Shown piece after piece: positions 8,927 through 19,290 of a stretch of 64,000 bases of DNA (position 1 is its first letter; every line of letters starts with the position of its first letter). The translations under genes and the position numbers were made by a program. Below the pieces are notes generated by a model, which was not told the DNA's origin, searched no databases, and was given only the letters and a program-made list of their open reading frames with translations. Source of the stretch: Candidatus Micrarchaeota archaeon (lineage in GTDB: Archaea > B1Sed10-29 > B47-G15). The stretch is from NCBI GenBank assembly GCA_003660975.1, contig QMVG01000004.1, positions 1-64,000 on the forward strand, written 5' to 3'.

Positions 8927-9952
8927 CTAAAACCATCTGTCTATCCTCGCCTGCGTGCCTTTGTTTTCATAAGCTTTCAACAGCTTTTCAATACCGTTTT
9001 TGATTCTGTCTATGCTAAAGTCGTGTTCTTCTACCAACAACTCTATAAGCTTCTCCTCATTTACTTTCTTCCATTCAAGTTTATAATTCTTTGTTACAGG
9101 CGGGTTTAAGAAGAACGAACGCAATTTTTTGAAGTCAATATCCTCACTAATGTTATGCTCTTTGTAGACTTCCTCAACAGTTTTACCTGCTTTTACGAGA
9201 GCCAACGCTTTTTTTGGCCCTATGCCTTTCACTCCCTTGTTGAAGTCAGTGCCGATTATCATAGCTATTTCAATTAAGTCCTCCCTGCTTATTTTCAGCT
9301 CATCTAAAACAGTTTGTAAAGATATTTTTTCAGGCAGGACATCTACATATACTGACTTGCCAGGCAGTTTTCTCTTGCCAGTTATAGTGAGGTTTCTTAT
9401 GAGTATTGGAGAGCCAAATAACAGAGAATCATAGTCCTGGGAAGCAGATGCCCACACATCTCCCTTGGCAGCGATATAAGCTGCTTGGGCCTCGCCCTCA
9501 CTTGGTGCTTGAATTACAGGGACTCCCATGTACTCTAACAACTTTTTCGACTCTTCAATCATCTCTGCTGTTAACTTGGAGGAAGCCTGTGCATATTTCC
9601 TGGCATTTTCCATATCTCCTCTTATCACTGCCTCTTCCCATTTCTCCTTTGCCTCTGCTCTAATTTTCTTTCTTTCTTCTACTGTTTCCTCTTTCATAAC
9701 TGGTGGCTCTCCATCAAAAACGTAAGCAGGCCTTATCTCTTTCTCAAAGAGCCTAACCGTCCTGTAAAATAAACCTGAAAGGTGGGAGGTTACTCTGCCT
9801 TGACTGTCTTTTAATGGGCTCCCGTCGAACTGTCTTATTATCGAAAGGAATTGATAGAGAGTGTTAAAAGCGTCTATTGAAATTTTTCTTCCTTTCAGTG
9901 AATCAATTGAGATCTTCTCTTTTTCAATGATGTCTGACAATTGCACTCCCAT
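8927..9952 (-). CDS. fen: Flap endonuclease 1
   Basis: IDAFNTLYQFLSIIRQ, APSEGEAQAA, SQDYDSLLFG, GTDFN motifs and C-terminal PIP box QARIDRWF. Confidence 0.97.
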   Translation of the reverse strand: MGVQLSDIIEKEKISIDSLKGRKISIDAFNTLYQFLSIIRQFDGSPLKDSQGRVTSHLSGLFYRTVRLFEKEIRPAYVFDGEPPVMKEETVEERKKIRAEAKEKWEEAVIRGDMENARKYAQASSKLTAEMIEESKKLLEYMGVPVIQAPSEGEAQAAYIAAKGDVWASASQDYDSLLFGSPILIRNLTITGKRKLPGKSVYVDVLPEKISLQTVLDELKISREDLIEIAMIIGTDFNKGVKGIGPKKALALVKAGKTVEEVYKEHNISEDIDFKKLRSFFLNPPVTKNYKLEWKKVNEEKLIELLVEEHDFSIDRIKNGIEKLLKAYENKGTQARIDRWF

Positions 9953-10533
9953 TACCTAACTTCCCCCAACATCAACTCTGCTTTCAGCTGTTTTACTGCC
10001 AATTTAACAAATTTCCTCTTCCAAGCCCCTATCTTTTTGCTTTTTTTGAGGTAAAGGGACTTATAGCAAGCATCTGCCACAAAGTCCTCCCACAGTTCAA
10101 GTATGTCTTTTAATGATGTTTTGCCCCACCATTGGTAGAGCGTCATCCCAGACAGCTTTGCAATGCCTGTGGCTCCCATAAAATCCAGACATATTGCATC
10201 GTGCAGCATTTTTGCTTCGATAGATTTCGGCCTGCCTTTTGTCATTTGGTTCTCTATGCAGTCTACGACCTTTTTTATTTTTTCATCTGGAAACCCAATT
10301 GAGTGAAGAAAATCAGAAGCATACAAGGCTGCTTTTTTTTCAAAGTCCTGCTCGCCTTGGATTACTGCGTGTAGCATGGCAGCCGCATGTAGCACATCAT
10401 CGTCAAAATCATCAGCCAAGGTCTTGGCTAGGTCATAGATTCTTTTTGCTTCTTCAAAGTTTAGAGGAAATCTGTCCCCTATTTCCTGCTTAGCAAATCG
10501 CTCTATTTTATGTCTCATAGAAGTCTTGTCCAT
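9952..10533 (-). CDS. HD-domain-like protein with degenerate HD motif
   Basis: VLHAAAMLHA, EAKMLHDAICLDFMGATGIA; HD reads HA and the usual upstream His is missing. Confidence 0.65.
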   Translation of the reverse strand: MDKTSMRHKIERFAKQEIGDRFPLNFEEAKRIYDLAKTLADDFDDDVLHAAAMLHAVIQGEQDFEKKAALYASDFLHSIGFPDEKIKKVVDCIENQMTKGRPKSIEAKMLHDAICLDFMGATGIAKLSGMTLYQWWGKTSLKDILELWEDFVADACYKSLYLKKSKKIGAWKRKFVKLAVKQLKAELMLGEVR

Positions 10534-10558
10534 AATAAGATAACTCAGTCCTATAATA

Positions 10559-11245
10559 TTACTTTAACGCAAGATGCGCTTTTTTTACAAGCATTACATA
10601 GCTGTCAGGTCCTTTTTTCACTACCTCGTAATCATCAATAAGCAACTTCTTTTTGAATATGGGGCCATCTAAGACCAGGGTTTCAAATTCCCCTCCTTCA
10701 CCAGAAACATTGAAGCCGTATTTTTCATCAAGTTTTGTTAAGTAGTCAACAATGTTTTCATCTATCTCTTTACCTAGATAGCTTTTATCCAAGCCCATAG
10801 CAGAAACAGATGAAAATACAATTTTATAGCCCCTATTTATCATTTCCCTCAACAATTTTTCTTGTTTTTTCTGCCATAACGGAGCCAGAAAAGTTAAACC
10901 ACTTTCCTTACAGAGCTTCTCAACCCTTTGCTTTTGATAATTTGAGGCAATTGCCCCTACTGCCACTGCCTCTATGCCGTACTTTTTCTTAGCAGCTTCA
11001 AGCGCTGCTCCCAAATCTTTAAGCTCTTCCTCCTTCTCCCCTTTTGTTTTCCATGTCAATATTGCTATGCCCATAGCTTCTGCCTGTAGTTCAGCCAATC
11101 TGACATTGGCCGTGTGGAACATATATGAAAACTCGTTTTCGCTATACATTGTGATCAAACACGATATTTCATGACCTCTGCTTTTCATCCTGTCGACTGT
11201 ATAACAGCTATCTTTACCAGAACTGAATAGGACAGCCACTTTCAT
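10559..11245 (-). CDS. dph6: Diphthine--ammonia ligase (PP-loop)
   Basis: MKVAVLFSSGKDS, SYMFH, GEGGEFETLV; start corrected because the longer ORF overlaps a tRNA. Confidence 0.9.
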   Translation of the reverse strand: MKVAVLFSSGKDSCYTVDRMKSRGHEISCLITMYSENEFSYMFHTANVRLAELQAEAMGIAILTWKTKGEKEEELKDLGAALEAAKKKYGIEAVAVGAIASNYQKQRVEKLCKESGLTFLAPLWQKKQEKLLREMINRGYKIVFSSVSAMGLDKSYLGKEIDENIVDYLTKLDEKYGFNVSGEGGEFETLVLDGPIFKKKLLIDDYEVVKKGPDSYVMLVKKAHLALK

Positions 11246-11270
11246 ATTCACACCACAACTAAAAACAGAA

Positions 11271-11352
11271 CGCTGGGGGCGGGATTCGAACCCGCGTGTC
11301 CCGAAGGACACTGGCTTAGCAGGCCAGCGCAATACCACTATGCGACCCCAGC
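11271..11352 (-). tRNA. tRNA-Ser(GCT)
   Basis: GCTGGGG/CCCCAGC acceptor, CTGGC-CT-GCT-AA-GCCAG arm, long variable arm. Confidence 0.95.
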
Positions 11353-11370
11353 TGCAGAATAGTTTTGTAT

Positions 11371-12060
11371 TTATTCTATTAAATTACTTACCGCTTTTCC
11401 CAAGTTCTTTGCACAGATAATATTTGTGCTGTTTGTTTTTATGTCTTTAATTTCACCACATTGTGTAGCTGCAACAATGATTAAAGAAGCCCCGTAATCT
11501 ATGGCCCCTTCAACCCTTGTCTTCACTTTGCTTATATTTAACAAGTTTCCATTTTCGTCCATATCTGCAAGTATAAAAGCGTCTTTCCGCAGCCTTTTTC
11601 CATTCAAAAAAGCAATAAAAGCAGTGGCAATTGCTGCAGTGGCACTTTTGCCATCAATATGTTTCGCAGTTGTTATGAACTTAAGCTTGGCAGCATAGTC
11701 AAAGTTTTTCTTGCTGTAATTTTGTGCGAAGTACAGTGCTTTTAATACTGAGAATTGAAGCTCTTCTCCGATGAGCATACCTGTGATGTCCACTGAAACA
11801 GAAGGCAGGTCTTTTCTGAAGCTTATCTCTATCGGTATTATCTCAGTGAATACTGTGGCATTCCTTTCATATACTGCGACGCCTTTTGTAATCACTGTTT
11901 TTTCCCATTCTGTTGTATTTATGCTAAAATTCTCGCAGCTGAGCGGAGAGAGGCTTTCTTTTTCCCCGTGCCGTGATAAGTTAAACATTATGCCAATCTC
12001 AAAGAACAGCAATATTATCGTTAGAGAGGTAAGCAATAACGTGGCCTTTCTATTGTCCAA
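11371..12060 (-). CDS. Membrane-anchored Lon-protease (S16) domain protein, likely degenerate
   Basis: N-terminal TM; IDGKSAT retains Ser; VGG..K motif replaced by ISKVKTR. Confidence 0.65.
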   Translation of the reverse strand: MDNRKATLLLTSLTIILLFFEIGIMFNLSRHGEKESLSPLSCENFSINTTEWEKTVITKGVAVYERNATVFTEIIPIEISFRKDLPSVSVDITGMLIGEELQFSVLKALYFAQNYSKKNFDYAAKLKFITTAKHIDGKSATAAIATAFIAFLNGKRLRKDAFILADMDENGNLLNISKVKTRVEGAIDYGASLIIVAATQCGEIKDIKTNSTNIICAKNLGKAVSNLIE

Positions 12061-12064
12061 TTAA

Positions 12065-12775
12065 TCAACTCCCTACCATATACCTTAATGCCTCTTGAAC
12101 AGTTCCAACTTCAACAACATCTATGCCCACAAGTTTTTCTATGTCCACCACCCTATAGGAAACAACACACTTTTTCTCCTTGAAGTTTTTCTCTACTTTT
12201 TCAACACATTTTTGGACAGGTTCTCTATCAACTGACTCCCCAAGTGGCACAAGGAAAAGCTTTTTGCCTGCCCTGGCCACTGCCTCTGCTTTTGCTCTTA
12301 TGCCTCCAACAGCAGTTATTCTCCCACCATACGCTATGCCGCCTGTTATTACTGCATCATTCCTCAGCTTCATCCCATTCAGAGCAGCTATTGTTCCTAT
12401 TGTCATAGCAGCTCCAGCAGAGGGTCCTGCCACCAGAGATGCATTAGTGTTTAAGGAGAAGATAACATCAAATTTAGATTGGTCTTTTCCCGATAATCTA
12501 AAGGCCTCTTTCACAGCAGTTCTCATAGATTGCTGTGTGTCCGTGATGAAAGATGGGTTGTCTATATTCATAAGGATTTTGCCTGTGCCTCTCCTTATTT
12601 CAATATCAAGGGGTATTAACATACCTTCGTCGTTCTGGTCCACTGCAACAAGATATACTCTTGAATACGCTCTTTCCATGCCATTGCTTTGCAAATCTCC
12701 CAAAAGCAAATCAAAGCCCGTAAAACCTATGAGGATAAATGTCAGTGAGACCGAGAACAGAATTGATTTGTTCAT
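12065..12775 (-). CDS. Membrane-anchored Lon-type S16 serine protease domain protein
   Basis: AGPSAGAAM, ITGGI...VGGIRAKAEA Ser-Lys dyad; start corrected to ATG 12775. Confidence 0.85.
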   Translation of the reverse strand: MNKSILFSVSLTFILIGFTGFDLLLGDLQSNGMERAYSRVYLVAVDQNDEGMLIPLDIEIRRGTGKILMNIDNPSFITDTQQSMRTAVKEAFRLSGKDQSKFDVIFSLNTNASLVAGPSAGAAMTIGTIAALNGMKLRNDAVITGGIAYGGRITAVGGIRAKAEAVARAGKKLFLVPLGESVDREPVQKCVEKVEKNFKEKKCVVSYRVVDIEKLVGIDVVEVGTVQEALRYMVGS

Positions 12776-12787
12776 AAAACCACCTTT

Positions 12788-13063
12788 GTGGTGAGTACGT
12801 CTTGGGGTGGCAGTGCCTGCAAATCCCCCAGCTACCCAGAACCTCACTCAGTCCTGCAACCCCACAAGCACCCAACCCGCTTGTTATGGCTGCTCCGTTC
12901 CCGGCCTGACCAGGTTCCAAACGGGCCGAGTCCTGCGGGACAAGACGTCAGCGCTTGGTCCTGGACTGGAGGACGGCAAGCACCACGCCCCCAAGACTTC
13001 GACCCCCCCGTAAGCGGATTTGGGGTTACAGGAGACCGCTGACCTCCCGGCCTAACTCACCAC
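12788..13063 (-). ncRNA. ffs: Archaeal SRP (7S) RNA
   Basis: Helix-8 motif CAGGCCGGGAACGGAGCAG, Alu-domain TGTAA, paired termini GTGGTGAG/CTCACCAC, GC-rich, ~276 nt. Confidence 0.93.
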
Positions 13064-13201
13064 AAATATTATGCAAAGACCTGCTTAAAAAGATTTTTCA
13101 CTGAAGATGTGTATTGTCAATTCACGTGTAAATTACTCACTTTTGCATTCTAAGATAACTATAAATATCAGAATAGCGTAATAAATACGAGGTGACTGCT
13201 T

Positions 13202-14287
13202 GTGGAATCAATAGTTAGGAATGCACTAAACGTTGACGCTAAACCAGTAGCAAAACCATCACTCGCCGAAGGCCCCAAGATAGTTGTGGCTGGTTGCGGC
13301 GGGGCGGGCAACAATACGCTCAACAGGCTTGCTAGATTGGGTGTTAGTGGTGCCGAGCTTATTGCGATTAACACTGACAAACAGCACTTAACATTGATAC
13401 ATGATTCTGTTAAGAAGCTGCTTATAGGTCAGAGTGTCACGCGAGGTTTGGGAGCTGGAGGCTTCCCAGAGGTTGGAGCAAAAGCTGCAGAGGTTTCAAG
13501 AGCCACAATTGCCCAAGCGTTGGAAGGTACTGACATGCTGTTTATCACAGCAGGAATGGGAGGAGGAACAGGAACAGGTGCGTCTCCTATTGTTGCTGAC
13601 GTTGCAAAGGAACAGGGAGCAATAGTAATAGCCATGGTTACATATCCTTTCAGACTTGAAAGGGCAAGGCTTATCAAAGCAGACCAGGGAATTGAAAAGC
13701 TCAGGAAAGTGGCAGACACAGTTATAATAATTGACAACAACAGACTTGTTGAGTTGGTGCCAAACTTGCCCATTGAACAAGCATTTAGCGTGGCTGACGA
13801 GGTTATCGCGAGAGCTGTTAAGGGAATAACTGAGACAATCACAACACCTTCTCTGATTAACTTGGACTACGCGGATGTCAGAAGCGTGATGACACAGGGC
13901 GGTGTTTCAGTAATCTCAGTAGGAGAGACAAGAGGAGGACATTCAAGGGTAGAGTCAGTGGTTGAAGACACTCTAAAGAATTCCTTGCTGGATGTGGATT
14001 ACACAGGAGCAACAGGAGCGCTAATCCATATAACAGGAGGGCCAGACCTCACACTCGGAGAGGCAAACGAGATAGGTGAGAGGCTCACAGAAGCAATAGA
14101 CCCATCAGCGACTGTGATATGGGGAGCTAGGATAGTTCCTGAATATGAGGGAAGGATAGAAGTAATAGCCATTATGACAGGGGTCAAATCACCACACATA
14201 AGAGGGCCAATGGCAGCAGCATTGAGGTCTAGCGAATTTGAAGATTCAGACCTTGACAAGGCTCTCGGCATAAAGATGCTGAGATAA
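13202..14287 (+). CDS. ftsZ: Cell division protein FtsZ (FtsZ2-type)
   Basis: [25 protein letters not shown]. Confidence 0.96.
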   Translation: MESIVRNALNVDAKPVAKPSLAEGPKIVVAGCGGAGNNTLNRLARLGVSGAELIAINTDKQHLTLIHDSVKKLLIGQSVTRGLGAGGFPEVGAKAAEVSRATIAQALEGTDMLFITAGMGGGTGTGASPIVADVAKEQGAIVIAMVTYPFRLERARLIKADQGIEKLRKVADTVIIIDNNRLVELVPNLPIEQAFSVADEVIARAVKGITETITTPSLINLDYADVRSVMTQGGVSVISVGETRGGHSRVESVVEDTLKNSLLDVDYTGATGALIHITGGPDLTLGEANEIGERLTEAIDPSATVIWGARIVPEYEGRIEVIAIMTGVKSPHIRGPMAAALRSSEFEDSDLDKALGIKMLR

Positions 14288-14337
14288 ACCACCTATTTTT
14301 TGATTTTTCACAAATGCTTAGCTTTATTCATGTCGCC

Positions 14338-15726
14338 TTACGTGAAATAAGGCAAAGCACCCAGCAGAAGTGCTGCTCCAGTTATTATTGAGAATATCCA
14401 AACAACAATCTTCGCCTTTTTCTTCGCCTTTTTTACCTTGCCCTTTTTCATAAAGAAGTATGCAAGGTCTTCAAGTATGTGCGCACCGTCAAATATAGCA
14501 AAAGGCAGGTAGTTTATTATTGCGATAGTGAAGTTTAAAGTGAAAGTCCAGTACAATATTTCCATAATTATCTTCTTCACCCAGATGCTGATATCGTAGC
14601 TGCCTTTTTTAATGACATAATAGTCAAAGCCCATCAGACCATTTGCCCCTCTCTTGACCCATAATGTTCTATTTTCAGTCACTATCTGAGCTATGCTGCC
14701 CGGGATGCGCTTTTCAAATACCACATCTATGTTTTTTATGATCTCGCCCGGTCTTAAGGACGCATTGAACGCGTTTGACTTGTTTATTACGTGAACAACT
14801 TTTAGCCCCTCGACATAATCATGGCCCCATGGGATGAATGAAGGGGAAATGCTCATTGGATCGTAAACAAAATTGTTGGCAGCTGTTAGATAGAAAAGCA
14901 TGAAGAAGCAGAAAAACACGAAAGCTGTTATTATGTTTGCCATCGAGCCAGCGGCAAAGACCCTCATCCTCTTTCTGACAGGACTTCTCTTCAATTCATC
15001 CTCATCAGGCTCTGTAAAAGCACCCATTGGGAATATGCCAACAGTTAGGATTCCTAAGGACTTAACTTTTATTTTTTCCCTTCTTGCTATAATGCCATGA
15101 GCAATTTCATGAACTACCACAAGTATTACCAGGGCAAATACAGCGTGAAGGGGAATGTAAATAGGAGAACCAGGAATTTCAACACCAGGAATAACAGGTG
15201 TTATTGAGGGAGCTGGTTTTATACCCATTAAGTATGAAACAAGAATGTTTGCAGAAGCAATGAGAAGCAAGAGTAGGGTTGTGAATCCAAGACCGCCAAA
15301 GATACTAACAGTGAATACAAGATTTATGAATGGCATCATTACAGTTTTTCCAAAGCTTCTGAGGACGTTTGGTGTTAGTATCTCTAGTCCAAGCACATTT
15401 GGAGCCATGAGCAGTGTTAATATGAAAAAGTTCGACAAGATTGAGAGAACGTAAAGCACCACATAATTAATTGCCTTCTCTTTTTTTTCAAGGCTTAAAT
15501 ATAAGGCTGCTATCAAGCCAAAGGAAAATATAATCGCCATATCTGAAAAGTAATCCCAGAACCTTGTTTTGGCCAAGCTATCCAGTAAGCGCAGGCCCCT
15601 CTTTGTCCTAAACAAGCAAAGAACAGCGCCTTTTACTTCCACATTTTTTCTCTTTTTTAGGAAATATGCTGGAAGTATTACTAAAAATATAATCAGTATA
15701 AAAAACAAGTACAGCATAAAAATCAC
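14338..15726 (-). CDS. Site-2 protease (M50)
   Basis: HEIAH, FAAGSMAN, NYLPFAIFDG; multi-TM. Confidence 0.9.
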   Translation of the reverse strand: MIFMLYLFFILIIFLVILPAYFLKKRKNVEVKGAVLCLFRTKRGLRLLDSLAKTRFWDYFSDMAIIFSFGLIAALYLSLEKKEKAINYVVLYVLSILSNFFILTLLMAPNVLGLEILTPNVLRSFGKTVMMPFINLVFTVSIFGGLGFTTLLLLLIASANILVSYLMGIKPAPSITPVIPGVEIPGSPIYIPLHAVFALVILVVVHEIAHGIIARREKIKVKSLGILTVGIFPMGAFTEPDEDELKRSPVRKRMRVFAAGSMANIITAFVFFCFFMLFYLTAANNFVYDPMSISPSFIPWGHDYVEGLKVVHVINKSNAFNASLRPGEIIKNIDVVFEKRIPGSIAQIVTENRTLWVKRGANGLMGFDYYVIKKGSYDISIWVKKIIMEILYWTFTLNFTIAIINYLPFAIFDGAHILEDLAYFFMKKGKVKKAKKKAKIVVWIFSIITGAALLLGALPYFT

Positions 15727-16169
15727 TTTTTCTTTATTTTCACAATGTCTCCCAGCGTTAAGGCCCCTGTCTTCAACTTCGTTTCTATATGCTCTCTCTT
15801 TACTGTTTGCAGCAGTTCTATTTTCAAAAGCTTTTCAAGCTTCTTTGCGAGTTTTTCTGGTGGCTTCATCTTGCCCTGCTCTATTTTCTTTATCACTGAC
15901 AACTTCTCATTTACCTTTTTGGCTAAGTCCTCCTGCTCCATTCCAAACTCTTTTCTTGCCTTTCTGATGCGTTCATTGTAGTCCTCTACGACATCTATTT
16001 CAGTTTCCTCCTCAATTTTACGGGCTTTTTTCTGAGCAGTTTTTTTAGCTCTGTATTTTGATATGAAAACCCCGTGATGCTTACATGCCCTACACACAAG
16101 CATTTGCGTGCCTTCTACTGATATGACATATAAGTCGTCTGTCTTTCTACCACAGATTTCACACTCCAT
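15723..16169 (-). CDS. Archaeal MBF1 (Zn ribbon plus HTH)
   Basis: MECEICG...VCRAC, Cro-like HTH, C-terminal LTLGDIV. Confidence 0.92.
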   Translation of the reverse strand: MECEICGRKTDDLYVISVEGTQMLVCRACKHHGVFISKYRAKKTAQKKARKIEEETEIDVVEDYNERIRKARKEFGMEQEDLAKKVNEKLSVIKKIEQGKMKPPEKLAKKLEKLLKIELLQTVKREHIETKLKTGALTLGDIVKIKKK

Positions 16170-16175
16170 AGTGCA

Positions 16176-16760
16176 TCATTCTATCTCTATAATGTCATCA
16201 TCCTTTCTTTTATTGCTTTTAAGTTTCTGTAGTTCCACTTCCAATATGCCGTTTTTATACGTTGCTTTTCTGTGGCTTCTCTTTACTTTGGCAGGTAATT
16301 CAACTTTTTTGTAGAATTTGCCAGGAACCTCTATGGTCAAATATTTGCCATCTTTTGACAGCCTAACTTCTATGTCCTTCTTGCTCACGCCTGGAAGCTC
16401 TGCCAAGACTGATATTGTTCTGTCTTTTTCAATAACATCTACAAGTGGTTCCCTTATAGCTATGCTGTCAGGCCCTTTTATGTGCCTCGTATTCCCAAAT
16501 TCCTCCATCTTTATCTTTCCGTCAGGCCCTATTTTTATGGAAAAGCCCTTAACAACTTTTCTGGGCTTGCCTGGCTCAATAGACGACATTTCTCTCATCA
16601 TCCTCTCCAAGTCCTCACTTATCTGCCTAAACATGTTGAAAAAGTCATCATCTGACAAGCCTATATTCATCACAGGTTTTATATCATCTTCAAAGAAATC
16701 GTCATCATCTTTTTTCTTCTTTTTTCTATTTTTCTTCTTATTGATCCATATGCGCATCAA
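16176..16760 (-). CDS. Small heat-shock protein Hsp20
   Basis: GFSIKIGPDG, REPLVDV, AELPGV, ATYKNGILEV. Confidence 0.92.
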   Translation of the reverse strand: MMRIWINKKKNRKKKKKDDDDFFEDDIKPVMNIGLSDDDFFNMFRQISEDLERMMREMSSIEPGKPRKVVKGFSIKIGPDGKIKMEEFGNTRHIKGPDSIAIREPLVDVIEKDRTISVLAELPGVSKKDIEVRLSKDGKYLTIEVPGKFYKKVELPAKVKRSHRKATYKNGILEVELQKLKSNKRKDDDIIEIE

Positions 16761-16791
16761 ATCACCACTTTAATTATTGCTTACAACATTA

Positions 16792-17682
16792 TTAAAGCAT
16801 TCTCATGGCGTTTTTCATGGACAGTATTGGGATTTTATACGACATAATATACTGCTCATAGTATGCATTTCTTGGCAAGACAACGACGCGAAAATCTTTG
16901 CTAAGCCCTTCTCTTATTAGGTGGTTTCCAGATGTGAACTCATAACTGAATATGCCGCTCCCTTCGCTGACTGTTATGATATAAAAAAAGCAGGCGTCAG
17001 GCGAAATCACTGCTATGTGGCTGCCAATGGGCATTTCTTTTAATTTTGACAGCTTTTTGTGAATTTGCTCAGCAGCCTCTCTAATGCCAAGCGCTCTGAT
17101 ACTGTTAATCCTGGCTCTTTTTTTGGAATTTTTGGCCTTAATATAAATCCTATTGTCAATCACATCAAAGTATTTTGCAGAAAAGCCAGCCTTATTTACA
17201 ACCTCTTCTATGTTTAAGATGTCTCCTTTTTTCTCGTCAATGAACGGCACTGCAAAATCCATTGAGAAACTAATTAAAATCTCTTTTATCTGCTTTAAAT
17301 TTTTCATTTGAATTAGGTGCTTCTTCCACGATGACAAGCTGTCCTGCAATATCACGGCCTTACTATATTTTATTTCCCTGTCCTCTTCACTTATGGTTTC
17401 ACTTATGAAACAGTGGGCTGTTCCTTCCCGTATCGTATGAAACAGATAAGCCAGCTCCTCCTTTGCGTATTCAAGAGCGCTGTAAAAGGTCTGTATGTCA
17501 TCATAGGGGGATACAATGGCTTTAACAGCTACTGGCAGGCCTTCCTCTCTTGCAGCGCCGGATATGTACAAAGCCAGAGGCAAAACATTATTTCCTATAA
17601 CAAGTACAGCCTCCATTGGCTTTAGGTCAAGCAGCCTATAACTGTCCTCAAATACTGTCATATCTTTGTTTAAGTAGCTCAA
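16792..17682 (-). CDS. Hypothetical protein
   Basis: 296-aa ORF, no motif recognised. Confidence 0.6.
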   Translation of the reverse strand: MSYLNKDMTVFEDSYRLLDLKPMEAVLVIGNNVLPLALYISGAAREEGLPVAVKAIVSPYDDIQTFYSALEYAKEELAYLFHTIREGTAHCFISETISEEDREIKYSKAVILQDSLSSWKKHLIQMKNLKQIKEILISFSMDFAVPFIDEKKGDILNIEEVVNKAGFSAKYFDVIDNRIYIKAKNSKKRARINSIRALGIREAAEQIHKKLSKLKEMPIGSHIAVISPDACFFYIITVSEGSGIFSYEFTSGNHLIREGLSKDFRVVVLPRNAYYEQYIMSYKIPILSMKNAMRML

Positions 17683-17776
17683 GTTATTAAGATTTCTGTC
17701 AGGTTAGCAGTAATTTGCACTTCCAATAGTTTTTTATATTAAAAATACATTTAGCATTTATGTTAAAGGTGCGTTT

Positions 17777-18013
17777 ATGGTTGTTAGGGTTTCTCAAATG
17801 TACGGTCTTGAAATCTACGACACAGATGGCTCTTACATAGGTAAGGCATATGATTTAATCCTCAATCTGGAGAAAGGAGAAGTTGTTAGAATAACTACCG
17901 AGCCTTTGGGAAAGATAAAATCCCCAGAGAAAATAGAGGAAATTATAAAAAGAAAGAGCATACTCTTTTCTAGGGTTAGGAACATAAAAGACATCATTGT
18001 AGTTAATAAATAA
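17777..18013 (+). CDS. PRC-barrel protein (possibly CdpB-like division factor)
   Basis: VSQMYGLEIYDTDGSYIGKAYDLIL...VRNIKDIIVV. Confidence 0.85.
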   Translation: MVVRVSQMYGLEIYDTDGSYIGKAYDLILNLEKGEVVRITTEPLGKIKSPEKIEEIIKRKSILFSRVRNIKDIIVVNK

Positions 18014-18035
18014 AAATATAGAAATAGTAAAAGGT

Positions 18036-18761
18036 TTATCTCTTCCTCTTTCTCTTGTACGTCTCTACCTTGCCAAACATGTCGTCAAAGAATGCCTGAT
18101 GCTTTCTTGCTGCTGACGCTATGGCATCTTTAAGCCCATAGCCAAATGCCAGGGCAAGTCCAACTCCAAATGCTATAGCTGCTGCACCAAAGAAGAGCTC
18201 AAACGCTCTTGTTAGTATTGTCACGTCAACGCCTGGCAGTATCAAAGGCAATGCTAATACCAGTGCTATGTACGCGAAGAATATCTGTATTATCACTGCG
18301 ATCACGCCAGTGAATGGCAGTTCTTTTGTCTTGGTTATAAGAGCTCCTATGTAATCAGCCAGCAATATCGCCACTAGGATTACAAGCATTCCCTCAACAA
18401 GGCTTGGGATATAAGCTACTATTCCCACCAGTATCTCTGCCAGCACTGCTATTTGGACATAGTCCGCTGCTGCGCCTAAGAACGCTAGAATAACAAAGAC
18501 ATTCACCAGGAATGTCACTAAGCGCGTGAACGTGAAGTCACCTATTATCCTCTTTATTCCGTGTGCTGCTAATAGCTGCTCCACTTTTAGTTCTTTGAAC
18601 AGTTTCTCTATGATATAGTTTATGACCTTTGCCACTGCATATCCGACAATGAAAAACACTGCTACTACTAGGATTGCTACCAGTGCATCCACTGCATCTA
18701 CTGCAAGGCTGTATAGTGGTTCAGGCAAACTTGCGAATATTGAGGCTCCCAAACTGGCCAT
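18036..18761 (-). CDS. Conserved TM-helix repeat protein (CmpX/MscS-associated)
   Basis: Hydrophobic; YIPSLV, GLALAFGYGLKD motifs. Confidence 0.75.
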   Translation of the reverse strand: MASLGASIFASLPEPLYSLAVDAVDALVAILVVAVFFIVGYAVAKVINYIIEKLFKELKVEQLLAAHGIKRIIGDFTFTRLVTFLVNVFVILAFLGAAADYVQIAVLAEILVGIVAYIPSLVEGMLVILVAILLADYIGALITKTKELPFTGVIAVIIQIFFAYIALVLALPLILPGVDVTILTRAFELFFGAAAIAFGVGLALAFGYGLKDAIASAARKHQAFFDDMFGKVETYKRKRKR

Positions 18762-18894
18762 CTATTCACCTCCGAAATGAGAGAAATCAGAACTTATTTA
18801 TAAATATTTCTAAAATGACTTACATTATTCCGTTATATGTCGTAATTTGCTAATCTTTTTATTATTCTCTTGTGTTAGATATGTGGTGATATTA

Positions 18895-19290
18895 ATGACA
18901 GAGGATAAGAGAAAAGCAACAGAGGATATGCATGAAAATACTGATGATGAGGAACTTGATAAGACGCTAAACCTTCCTTTTCCTAATGCAACACTTGTAA
19001 GGTTAATGAAACAACACATATCTCCAAATAAAATGATAAAGAAAGAAGTGAAGATTGCCATGAATAGGTTTTTAGGTGATATAGTTAGAGAGGTTTCAGA
19101 GAAGATGAATGAATACCCATATGCAATGATTGATTACAGGATGTTTGAGGAGGCAATAAGACCATACAAGTTGGTGAAGGAAATGGACAGAGAAAAAGAG
19201 AGGCTTATGCACCATCTTGACACGATAGTACAAGACTGCCTTTCAATAAAGAGAGACTTAGATAATAAATTTGGTTCTTCAGAGCTGTGA
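18895..19290 (+). CDS. Histone-fold (NFYB/HMF-like) protein with extensions
   Basis: LPFPNATLVRLMK...KMIKKEVK...AMIDYRMFEEAI; GGTGA RBS. Confidence 0.75.
   Translation: MTEDKRKATEDMHENTDDEELDKTLNLPFPNATLVRLMKQHISPNKMIKKEVKIAMNRFLGDIVREVSEKMNEYPYAMIDYRMFEEAIRPYKLVKEMDREKERLMHHLDTIVQDCLSIKRDLDNKFGSSEL

Noticed and set aside
12711-13042. Short ORFs over the GC-rich segment
   Set aside because: They overlap the SRP RNA gene
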